64,000 nt of DNA, from positions 204,530-268,529 of the forward strand of contig JAXLZU010000001.1 in assembly GCA_046350735.1 (NCBI GenBank), read 5' to 3'. Of the stretch, positions 38,776 through 47,414 are shown piece by piece (positions within the stretch are counted from its first letter, which is position 1; the number at the start of each line of letters is the position of its first letter). Source of the DNA: Candidatus Saccharimonadota bacterium. Its GTDB lineage: Bacteria > Patescibacteriota > Saccharimonadia > CAILAD01 > BJGX01. The translations under genes and the position numbers were made by a program. The notes beneath the pieces were generated by a model, which was given only the letters and a program-made list of their open reading frames with translations, did no database searches and had not been told where the DNA came from.

Positions 38776-38886
38776 TAATATTTGCAATTCAATCTCGTAT
38801 TTTAGCTGAAAAATTAGATTTTTACTAGGGGGTAATGTCTAGCTACCAACATAACACTTATGCTAAACTATGCTAAAGGTAATAAA

Positions 38887-39366
38887 ATGAGTAAAAAAAT
38901 ATCAGGATTAATTCTACCCGGCATGTTAATACTTGCTTGGATATTGGCGTTAAGTGGTGTAACCTCTCCAGGTCATATGGCTAGCGATACTAGTGCTGTT
39001 TCATATATACGATGGTTACTATACTTTGCGGGCTTTGTTTTTATCTTTTCTGCTATTATGCATTCAGTGTTTGCCAAAAGTATGGCAGCCTCTATTGGCT
39101 GGAAGACAAATGGGTTTCAGTATGAGATAGCAGCTGTATCGTTAGGTTTGGGCTTAGGTTGCTTTTATGCAGTGTATCATGGTGTAGAAGCTTGGGTAGC
39201 AATATCGCTACCAATAGTGTCGTTTCTCTTCTTGGCTGGGGTTAATCACCTTTATGAGATGGTACGCAAAAAGAATTATGCACCAAATAATAGTTTGATA
39301 TTAATTTGGGATTTTGGCCTACCAGTATCATTACTTGCTCTACTAGCGGTAATTCTTAAGTTCTAA
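38887..39366 (+). CDS. multi-pass membrane protein (DUF6790-like)
   Basis: H..F....A.SIGW..FQYE, H..E....N.APNN. Confidence 0.7.
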   Translation: MSKKISGLILPGMLILAWILALSGVTSPGHMASDTSAVSYIRWLLYFAGFVFIFSAIMHSVFAKSMAASIGWKTNGFQYEIAAVSLGLGLGCFYAVYHGVEAWVAISLPIVSFLFLAGVNHLYEMVRKKNYAPNNSLILIWDFGLPVSLLALLAVILKF

Positions 39367-39436
39367 CACCAAAATCTCCCAAATAGTAGTTTGGGAGATT
39401 CTAGTTTTAGACAAAGTTTTGGGAAAAGAAGTCTAA

Positions 39437-39949
39437 TTATTGTACTTGTTGGTCTGAATCTTGAGGTGGTTGTGGGTTGTTTGAGGACATCATCTTGCCT
39501 CTATGATGCTTACCGCCAGCTGGCCCCATTACACCGGCAGGGATTCCATTATCTTTCTCCCATTGCTGCATTTCATTACGTAGGGCATCGAGAGCTGTCT
39601 TGCGCTCGGCTGGGTTAGAAATTTGGCGTGCCGCCTCCATCTTTGGCTTCATTTCTTCGAGCTTAGCGATAATCTTGGCTTCTTGGTCACTGGTAATTTT
39701 ACCGTCTTGTACTAACTTATCGAGATGTTGCTTTAGTCTATCTTGATGTTGCTGGTCAATAACTTTCTGTACGTCATCTTTGTTAAGATTGAATTTAGAT
39801 GCTATAGCTTGGGCTAAACCGCCTGGTTGGGCATTTGAAGTCTGGGCAAAAGCTACGCCACCAACAATTAATGTACTGGCTAGTGCGGCTGAGGCTAAGC
39901 TAGTCGCCAAAATAGCCTTCTTCTTTTTTGCTGTTCTCATACGCTTCAC
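39437..39949 (-). CDS. secreted helical hypothetical protein
   Basis: signal peptide ending AFA; LV.DGKIT..Q motif; G/H/M-rich tail; AAGGAG SD. Confidence 0.75.
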   Translation of the reverse strand: MKRMRTAKKKKAILATSLASAALASTLIVGGVAFAQTSNAQPGGLAQAIASKFNLNKDDVQKVIDQQHQDRLKQHLDKLVQDGKITSDQEAKIIAKLEEMKPKMEAARQISNPAERKTALDALRNEMQQWEKDNGIPAGVMGPAGGKHHRGKMMSSNNPQPPQDSDQQVQ

Positions 39950-40060
39950 TCCTTTATTAGTTACTATACATATTTACCAGTGAAACAAGTACTTGTGACT
40001 AAATGATATCTATGAAGTCACTACTTTATTCTATCTGGCATACATATACACTAGATCATT

Positions 40061-40082
40061 AGACTGAAAATAGGCTGAAAAC
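40061..40082 (-). promoter_or_regulatory. 11-bp direct repeat, candidate OmpR/PhoB-type binding site
   Basis: AGACTGAAAAT AGGCTGAAAAC upstream of the 39949 gene. Confidence 0.45.
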
Positions 40083-40090
40083 AGAAAAAA

Positions 40091-40429
40091 TTATTTTATT
40101 AGTTTCTTTTTGCCGGTTTTTTCTCTTTCTTTTGCTCTTTCGACGGCACGCTCACCAGCACGGCGTACAAATAAATTTGCGAATGTTACAATGACTCCGA
40201 TACCCCCTAAAATATAGAATATATCAACAATCTTTCCTAAATTGGTTTGTGGCGTAAAATCTCCGTATCCAACAGTTGCTAAGGTAACAGTACAAAAATA
40301 AAAACTATTTAGCCAACTCCATTTTTCTTGATAATGAAAAAATATTGCACCCCCAACTAATAATACCAAAGCTATAAGAGCTGTTAGACGAAAAAGACGT
40401 TTTGTGCTAAATATCTGAGCGGGTTCCAT
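40091..40429 (-). CDS. 2-TM potassium channel family protein
   Basis: TLATVGYGD selectivity filter. Confidence 0.92.
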   Translation of the reverse strand: MEPAQIFSTKRLFRLTALIALVLLVGGAIFFHYQEKWSWLNSFYFCTVTLATVGYGDFTPQTNLGKIVDIFYILGGIGVIVTFANLFVRRAGERAVERAKEREKTGKKKLIK

Positions 40430-41103
40430 TATCTTGTGTTTCCAAAAATCCTTAACAAGAATAAGAAGAGATTGATAAAATCTAAGTAGAGTGCCAACGC
40501 ACCCATAATAGCTAATTGATCTTTTTTATCAGACTCATAAAAGCCTTTAATTTTTTGCGTGTCATAAGCAGTTAACCCTAAGAATATCGCAACTCCTAGA
40601 TATGAAATAATAATCTGAACGGCATTAGAGTGTAAGAAAATATTAACGATAGTGGCAATAATTATACCGATTAAGCCCATTAACAATATTCCGCCAAGAC
40701 GGCTGAGATCTTTCTTGGTGATATATCCAATAATAGCCATAAAAAAGAACATACTTGCTGTAATAAAAAAGATGCGCATTATGGATGTGCTAGTGTAGGC
40801 TAGAAAAATATAGCTGAGGGTGATACCAAGCAGTGCAGCATACGCCAAGAAACCTGCCCGAGCAGCCATTGGAGACATTTTGGTTATCCTGGCAGCCAGT
40901 AAAATAACTACTCCTAATTGAGCGGCAATGAGTAGTATAAGTGTAATAGGATTACCAAAGAATGCTTGTTGTGCAACAGAACTGTGTGCCACAAACCAGG
41001 CTACAATTCCACTAACCGTTAGTCCGGCAAACATCCAAGCAAACACACCGGCAAAATAATTTGCTATTTCTGCTTCGGCATTTTTACTTAATGTTTGTTC
41101 CAT
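40429..41103 (-). CDS. Bax inhibitor-1/YccA family membrane protein
   Basis: AYDTQKIK, GALALYLDFINLFL. Confidence 0.92.
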   Translation of the reverse strand: MEQTLSKNAEAEIANYFAGVFAWMFAGLTVSGIVAWFVAHSSVAQQAFFGNPITLILLIAAQLGVVILLAARITKMSPMAARAGFLAYAALLGITLSYIFLAYTSTSIMRIFFITASMFFFMAIIGYITKKDLSRLGGILLMGLIGIIIATIVNIFLHSNAVQIIISYLGVAIFLGLTAYDTQKIKGFYESDKKDQLAIMGALALYLDFINLFLFLLRIFGNTR

Positions 41104-41138
41104 ATAGTTTTAGTATAACAAAATATATTCAAGTTTGT

Positions 41139-42122
41139 TTACTTATGACTGCCAGTCTTCTTTTTGGTGCCATGTACTTTTTTAGACAAAGCGTCTAGTT
41201 GTGAGTCGAGTTGATGTTGGACTTTTTGAAGGGGAAGAAATATATATACTAGAGTAAAGATGACACCCAACACCAAGCAAACTAACCCAAAGTTTCTGGT
41301 TGTAGCAAAAAGGTAAGAAGATGCGCCGTTTATAAGACCATTTACCTGCTCGCCTATAATCGGATCATTATTTCGTGCGCCAAATACTCCTACTAGCGCA
41401 GGGAATAACCAGCTACCAAGTAAAACAATGACTGCAGGTGTGCCAAATATCCAGGCCAATGTCTTAGCTAGTCGACGCAAATTACGTAGATTGAGTAGCA
41501 GAATAATGATAAAACCTATTGGTATAACCCACCATAACACATTCACCACCGTATTTACGGTTCGCAGAGTGTCTCGCATTTTTATTAAAAGCATTATTGG
41601 GTTATTAGGGTGCTTAGAATTATCAATAATGGTTAATTCTTGAGGTACTGAGTTAATGAGAGATTGAGCCGGTTCTTTAAGGGCATCTGCCAGGCCAAGG
41701 CCATTAACGTAGTTGATGGCCTGATCTTTATAGGTAGCAGTGGCAATAACAACCTTATTGTTTTGAATTGTGGTTGGTGTATCAACTGCTTTGTACGTAA
41801 GGCGTAAACCTGGTTGAGCAAGCTTCTCTATGTTTTCAGCCGTAATAATGTAGTCCATAAACTTATTAATAAGTGTAAGTTCTATAACATTACTCTTAAT
41901 CTTTTCTGGAAGCTTATCGGATATCTCTGCTTTAATAATGTCTGCAGTATAGCTAAACGATTTACTTTCGTGCAGAAATATTTGCAACTTTGCTGCAGTA
42001 GAAAAGTTTGCCAAAAGTGCACCACCATAACAAACGACAATTAAAGAGATGGTAACTATAGCTGCAATTAAACGATTCCAGCCGCCATGTTTGGCTGGAG
42101 TAGTTTTTGTTTCATTCTTCAT
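41139..42122 (-). CDS. membrane protein, hypothetical
   Basis: 1+3 TM with large loop. Confidence 0.7.
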   Translation of the reverse strand: MKNETKTTPAKHGGWNRLIAAIVTISLIVVCYGGALLANFSTAAKLQIFLHESKSFSYTADIIKAEISDKLPEKIKSNVIELTLINKFMDYIITAENIEKLAQPGLRLTYKAVDTPTTIQNNKVVIATATYKDQAINYVNGLGLADALKEPAQSLINSVPQELTIIDNSKHPNNPIMLLIKMRDTLRTVNTVVNVLWWVIPIGFIIILLLNLRNLRRLAKTLAWIFGTPAVIVLLGSWLFPALVGVFGARNNDPIIGEQVNGLINGASSYLFATTRNFGLVCLVLGVIFTLVYIFLPLQKVQHQLDSQLDALSKKVHGTKKKTGSHK

Positions 42123-42128
42123 ATAGCC

Positions 42129-42683
42129 TTACTTTCTTTTGGCGGGAGATTTCTTACTTGATTTGGTAAAGAAGCTTGCGACCACCAGCAGGATACCGGT
42201 AAGAATTGCATATGCACCAATTATCCAGACGAGTGTAAGTGCACCAGCGAGTGGGTTAAAGAGCATATAAACGCCGAAGATCATCGATAGTACACCAGTT
42301 AGAATCATAAACCAAGCACCACTAATTTTCTCAGACGAAGCTGCAAAACCAGCATATAAGTCTACTACACCAAAGGCTAGGGCCCATATTGCAATGAGTA
42401 GGGTAACAACACCTGCGGCAATTTCAGGACGGGCAATGAGAAAAATGCCCAGAATAACACCTAGCAAACCAAGTAGTGCTGTTAATACTGCATGGGGGTT
42501 AGACTTATCAAACAGCGGCTCAAATATAGCAAACATACCAACAATAAGAATATTAATTGCAAATATCAAAATAAGAATATAAAGAGTAAGTCCAGGCCAT
42601 GCAACTGCCACCAAACCAAAAATTACGTTTAATATACCGCGCAGTACTAATGTGCTACGACTTGGGTTTCCTACGAGTTCCAT
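42129..42683 (-). CDS. HdeD/DUF308 family membrane protein
   Basis: LRGIL..IFG..A..WPG.T repeated TM pattern. Confidence 0.85.
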   Translation of the reverse strand: MELVGNPSRSTLVLRGILNVIFGLVAVAWPGLTLYILILIFAINILIVGMFAIFEPLFDKSNPHAVLTALLGLLGVILGIFLIARPEIAAGVVTLLIAIWALAFGVVDLYAGFAASSEKISGAWFMILTGVLSMIFGVYMLFNPLAGALTLVWIIGAYAILTGILLVVASFFTKSSKKSPAKRK

Positions 42684-42724
42684 TTTTTGTCTCCATTAAT
42701 TTATTATCTTTATTGTAATATTTC

Positions 42725-43807
42725 TTAAGCTGAGTTGGCAAGCACTTGATCACGCATATTCGAAATTGTCTTGAGAAAAAGTATTAGCCAGACAAAAGTT
42801 AGACAAAATGCCAGTAGCTCATATGCAGTTTGACTAAAGTAGTGCAGTGGTTGCCACACAATAAAACTACCAAGCAATATTGCTAATATTGCATAAGAAT
42901 TTACCAGGAATGAGTTACTTATTTTGGGTATTAAGTATTTCAAACTCGCTATAAGTATAGTAAAGAAAATAACTAATAAATAAGCAGATGATGTATGAAG
43001 GGTGGGGTGAATGTCCCACGGGAATAACCCAACACCTGCAAAACTGAGGCTAAGACTAATAAATAATATCTTAATTATTGAAATCTTTCGAGAAATATTA
43101 TTATTGGTTCCTTTTAATATTATTTCTAAATCTTGAAGTAAATGATCAGTTAAACACAGTAGCAATAAACCAGAAAGTACTAAAGTAATGTTAAAGCTAT
43201 ACGCTGATAAATTATTGCTTGTACCAAGACTTGAAAAGTTTATTTCCCACCACTGTGGGTTTTGGGATGTTGCCATACTAAGAAACACACCTCCACCAAC
43301 AAAAAGAGCTATGGCGTTTACAATGTTATTACTTCGTAAATGCACAGAAGTGGTAATAATTCCATATGTGGTTATAGTTGCAATTATCCCAATAATAAGA
43401 CTTGCAGATAGCGGAGGCATGGCAAGACCTGTAAATGCGGCACTTATTCCGATAATTAAAAAGAGCGTAAAGGCAAATACAATTATTGTATAGCCTATAG
43501 ATAGGGTTATGCAGTCAAACACTAACTTTAGCTTTGAAATATGTAGCTTTTCTGAATCAGGTAAAAGTTTTTGTCCGCGTAGATACCCAAAAATAAAACC
43601 AAAAAAAGCAATAATAAGAGCATCTATTAATAGGGCTGTTGCGAGCGAGGGCCAACTACTAAGGGTTACAGCCCTATGATAAGAGCTAAAGATAAGCCAC
43701 CATACCGTCCCAAGAATAAGCCCAACTGGCAAAGCGAGATTGAGAGCAAGATTTTCTCCATGACTATTTCTTTTGGACTGGGCAATTTGTGATGATCGAT
43801 TCTTCAT
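42725..43807 (-). CDS. multi-pass membrane protein (DUF998-like C-terminus)
   Basis: WW..NFSSLG..FN.TL..SG, GVGLFP..H. Confidence 0.7.
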   Translation of the reverse strand: MKNRSSQIAQSKRNSHGENLALNLALPVGLILGTVWWLIFSSYHRAVTLSSWPSLATALLIDALIIAFFGFIFGYLRGQKLLPDSEKLHISKLKLVFDCITLSIGYTIIVFAFTLFLIIGISAAFTGLAMPPLSASLIIGIIATITTYGIITTSVHLRSNNIVNAIALFVGGGVFLSMATSQNPQWWEINFSSLGTSNNLSAYSFNITLVLSGLLLLCLTDHLLQDLEIILKGTNNNISRKISIIKILFISLSLSFAGVGLFPWDIHPTLHTSSAYLLVIFFTILIASLKYLIPKISNSFLVNSYAILAILLGSFIVWQPLHYFSQTAYELLAFCLTFVWLILFLKTISNMRDQVLANSA

Positions 43808-43852
43808 TCTTTTTCTAAATAATCAGTACAATTTAGGGTAAAATTATAGACT

Positions 43853-44878
43853 ATGCTGCTTTCTGACTACAATTATATACTACCCAAAAAGAATATTGCT
43901 CAATTTCCTACTAAAATACGGGGTACTGCTAAGTTACTAGTACTCGATAGGGCTTCTGGCAAAACTACAGATAACAATTATGGTGATATTCTAAATTATC
44001 TTAAGAGCGGTGACGTACTAGTACTTAATGATACTAAGGTAATTAAAGCACGTTTATTTGCTAAGGATACATCTGGTGTTTCTCACGAGCTTGTTTTGCT
44101 GGAAAAACATGCAGGTAGTGAAGATAATTATCATCATGACGTGTTGTATCGAGGTAAACTAACACTTAACGAGACGCTCTATATAAATAATGAAGAAATG
44201 AACGTAGTTGCCATAAAGGATGGCGGCATAGCAACAATAAAAGCTAACCTAGACGTAGACCAACTGGCAGAACAGGCTGGTAACGTACCCTTACCACCAT
44301 ATATGAAGCGTGATGCTTCACCAGACGATGTAGTGCGCTACCAAACAGAGTTTGCAAGACACAAGGGCTCAGTAGCTGCACCGACAGCAAGTCTTAATAT
44401 GACTAAAGAATTAATAGACAACCTAGAGGCTCAAGGTGTGATAGTTTGTTATCTTACGCTGCACGTAGGACTGGGAACATTTTTGCCAATTCGAAGCGAT
44501 AAGATAGAAAACCACACCATGCATAGCGAGTGGTATTCTATTCCGCAACCAACCATTCGGGCAATACAACAAGCTAAATCATCTGGTAATAGAATAACTG
44601 CTGTGGGTACAACAGTTGCGCGTACTCTAGAGTACTGCGCTGAAGATCTGCTAAAGGCAGACCAACCATTAAGTGGAGAAGCCGATATTTTTATATACCC
44701 TGGTTATCAATTTCGCTTAGTCGATCAATTACTCACTAACTTCCATGCGCCAAAAAGCACGGTACTTATGCTGGTTGCAGCCTTTGCTGGTTGGCCAAAT
44801 TTATTACATGCATATACGTATGCCTTGCAGCACAACTATATGTTCTTAAGCTACGGCGACAGTATGCTAATACATTAA
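43853..44878 (+). CDS. queA: SAM:tRNA ribosyltransferase-isomerase QueA
   Basis: LVLNDTKVIKARL, PLPPY, YQT, AAPTA, LHVGLGTF, TNFH.P.ST, SYGD. Confidence 0.96.
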   Translation: MLLSDYNYILPKKNIAQFPTKIRGTAKLLVLDRASGKTTDNNYGDILNYLKSGDVLVLNDTKVIKARLFAKDTSGVSHELVLLEKHAGSEDNYHHDVLYRGKLTLNETLYINNEEMNVVAIKDGGIATIKANLDVDQLAEQAGNVPLPPYMKRDASPDDVVRYQTEFARHKGSVAAPTASLNMTKELIDNLEAQGVIVCYLTLHVGLGTFLPIRSDKIENHTMHSEWYSIPQPTIRAIQQAKSSGNRITAVGTTVARTLEYCAEDLLKADQPLSGEADIFIYPGYQFRLVDQLLTNFHAPKSTVLMLVAAFAGWPNLLHAYTYALQHNYMFLSYGDSMLIH

Positions 44879-44921
44879 TTTACTTGATAAAAATATAAAT
44901 TTAGTACATAATGATTATCTA

Positions 44922-46127
44922 ATGAAGCAATTTTCTTTTAGTATTACCTCGGAGCTAAACAATAGCAAAGCTCGTGTAGGAACTATCTCTACGCCGCATG
45001 GTGATATAAAAACACCAGCCTTTATTACTGTGGGGACAGCTGCTACCGTAAAGGCACTTACGCCCGAGCAAGTGGCGAGTGTAGGTGCACAAGCGGTGCT
45101 GGCAAATACCTACCATTTGTATTTACGACCTGGAGAAGCGGTAGTAAAAAAAGCTAGTGGATTGCACAAATTTATGCATTGGCAGGGGCCAATGTTTACC
45201 GATTCTGGCGGATTTCAAGTTTTTTCGTTAGGCGAAGCCTTTGGTAAAGGTATTAGCAAAGTTGCGACCGGCGATAATTCTAAAAGCTCGGTAAATGAAA
45301 GAATGAGTCAGGCAAAAAAAGCTAAGATTACCGATGAAGGAGTAACGTTTTATTCGCATATTGATGGCAGTAAACATGTACTTACCCCAGAAAAATCAAT
45401 GCAAATTCAACACACCTTGGGTGCCGATATTATTTTTGCGTTCGATGAATGCACTAGCCCACATGCAAAGCGTGAGTATCAAGAGATTGCATTACAAAGA
45501 ACCCACACTTGGGCTAAGAGGAGTTTGGTAGAGCATCAAAAACTCAATGCTAAGCAAGCTCATTATCAGGCGCTTTATGGCGTGGTGCAGGGTGGGCAGT
45601 TTAAAGACCTACGCGAGTACTCGGCAACCACACTTGGTGATATGGAATTTGATGGCTTTGGTATAGGCGGTAGCTTTACCAAAGACGATATTGCAACGGC
45701 AGTCGGTTGGGTAACAGATAAGTTACCTAAAGATAAGCCCAGACACTTACTGGGCATGGCGGAAGTAATAGATTTGTTTGAGGGTATAGAGGCGGGTATA
45801 GATACCTTTGATTGTGTTAGCCCGACTAGGATTGCGCGGAACGGTACAGTGTTTACCAAGAACGGTAGAATAAGTCTGGGTAATGCAAGCTATAGACAAA
45901 AGTTAGATCCGATAGAAGAGAATTGTCGGTGCTATACCTGTCAAAACTTTACCTGTGCGTATTTGCATCACCTTGTAAAGGCCCAAGAAATGCTCTCAGC
46001 TACATTGCTTTCTATTCACAACCTTTATTTTATTACACATTTGGTTGATCTTATTCGAGAATCAATTGAGAATAATACCTTTTATAATCTTAAAAAAGAC
46101 GTTCTCAGTAGTTATTATGCAGAATAA
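44922..46127 (+). CDS. tgt: tRNA-guanine transglycosylase
   Basis: ANTYHL, TDSGGFQVFSL, FDEC, VQGG, DTFDCV.PTR, CRCYTC..H. Confidence 0.97.
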   Translation: MKQFSFSITSELNNSKARVGTISTPHGDIKTPAFITVGTAATVKALTPEQVASVGAQAVLANTYHLYLRPGEAVVKKASGLHKFMHWQGPMFTDSGGFQVFSLGEAFGKGISKVATGDNSKSSVNERMSQAKKAKITDEGVTFYSHIDGSKHVLTPEKSMQIQHTLGADIIFAFDECTSPHAKREYQEIALQRTHTWAKRSLVEHQKLNAKQAHYQALYGVVQGGQFKDLREYSATTLGDMEFDGFGIGGSFTKDDIATAVGWVTDKLPKDKPRHLLGMAEVIDLFEGIEAGIDTFDCVSPTRIARNGTVFTKNGRISLGNASYRQKLDPIEENCRCYTCQNFTCAYLHHLVKAQEMLSATLLSIHNLYFITHLVDLIRESIENNTFYNLKKDVLSSYYAE

Positions 46128-46192
46128 TTGACCAATTCTAAATATTTGTTTATAATTACATTCCAATCGCACCTTTAGAAGAAGGAGACGGT

Positions 46193-46810
46193 ATGCTACA
46201 AGCTTACCCGGATATTAATCGCGAACAGTTTATGGCCGCAATTCAGCCATATTTTACCCAGACAGAAATGAAAGATATCGAGGCGGCATATTTCTTCTGT
46301 AAATACGCACATCGAGGACAGAGGCGTGATGATGGCCGTAGGTATTTTGATCATCCGCGCGCAGTGGCTTGGATACTGGTAGATGAGCTGTGTATTGATG
46401 ATGTAGCAGTAGTAATTATTGCTCTCTTGCACGACCTGCAAGAAGATTCATTTATTATGACTGAAGAACGTATTGAGATTAATTTTGGCCGAGTTGTGAC
46501 GCTGGGTGTACGGAATATGAGCAAGAACACTACTGCTAAAGACAATTATTGGCCTCGATTTATGACCTTTGCACAGTGGCGAGAAGTTATCTGTAAGTTG
46601 GCCGACCGTTTGCACAATCTGCGTACTCTAGGTGTCTGCACCATAGAAAAGCAGCGACGTAAGATTGCTGAGACCAAGTCTGTCATCTACCCTATGTTTG
46701 AAAGAGCAAAATTGCTGTCGCCAGAGGTATACCTACCTTCTGTTAATCGTCTCTGTACGATGATAGAACAAGAAGTTGATTTGGTAGAGACTAGGTTGGC
46801 TAGTGAGTAA
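46193..46810 (+). CDS. RelA/SpoT-type HD hydrolase (small alarmone hydrolase/Mesh1-like)
   Basis: AH.GQ.R..G..Y..HP..VA, ALLHD..ED, KLADRLHNLRT. Confidence 0.88.
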   Translation: MLQAYPDINREQFMAAIQPYFTQTEMKDIEAAYFFCKYAHRGQRRDDGRRYFDHPRAVAWILVDELCIDDVAVVIIALLHDLQEDSFIMTEERIEINFGRVVTLGVRNMSKNTTAKDNYWPRFMTFAQWREVICKLADRLHNLRTLGVCTIEKQRRKIAETKSVIYPMFERAKLLSPEVYLPSVNRLCTMIEQEVDLVETRLASE

Positions 46811-46914
46811 TTTTTACCCATCCACACAATGTGGATGGGTATTTATGTATCTAAAAAACATAATTATTGTCAAAAAATATTGACATTTAATAATTTATAT
46901 GCTATATTGGTAAG

Positions 46915-47105
46915 TATCAATATTACTTCTTGCGAGAACTCGGGCGCGAGAAGACCACCTAAATAGTTATGAACCCAGATACAAAGGCTTAATTTCTCAA
47001 ATTTTAAAGGCGCGATTCGGACATATGAGCCGAATGCCCTAACACTCGCGATGTTTTCGCAAAACAACAAAGAATTTTGAGCCTTTCTATCTGGTCTCTT
47101 CGCAT
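46915..47105 (+). ncRNA. candidate structured non-coding RNA
   Basis: TTGACA-17-TATATT promoter at 46880-46908, no long + strand ORF, long complementary segments. Confidence 0.55.
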
Positions 47106-47181
47106 TATTATGATTTTTATAAAAAAAAAGTAAGCGCAAGCGCTTGACTTAGCATAAGCGTATGTTACTATAGATAGCACT

Positions 47182-47280
47182 ATGAGTAACATAGCAACCA
47201 AATTAATTACATTTTTCCGCACACTTGGCATGGCCACTGTGCCGGTTCGTGCAACCTATGTCTCGAGAAAACTACGATAA
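47182..47280 (+). CDS. leader peptide MSNIATKLITFFRTLGMATVPVRATYVSRKLR
   Basis: 32-codon ORF after TTGACT..TGtTACTAT promoter, before terminator and ABC gene. Confidence 0.7.
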   Translation: MSNIATKLITFFRTLGMATVPVRATYVSRKLR

Positions 47281-47295
47281 TTAGCAATTATATAT

Positions 47296-47335
47296 AAAAG
47301 CTCGAGACTGGAAACACTCTCGAGCTTTTTGTTTT
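47296..47335 (+). terminator. attenuator terminator upstream of ABC transporter
   Basis: AAAAGCTCGAGA-loop-TCTCGAGCTTTT-TGTTTT. Confidence 0.85.
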
Positions 47336-47414
47336 GAGCGAAAAAACGCTCCAAAAAGCACCATCCTGTGCTTAATAGGCACATCCACCTTAACAACCAA
47401 ATAGAGGAGAAACC

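Noticed and set aside
47266-47280. Macrolide arrest motif (K-L-R) in ABC leader peptide
   Set aside because: Stalling there would cover the antiterminator strand and favour termination, the wrong logic for induction
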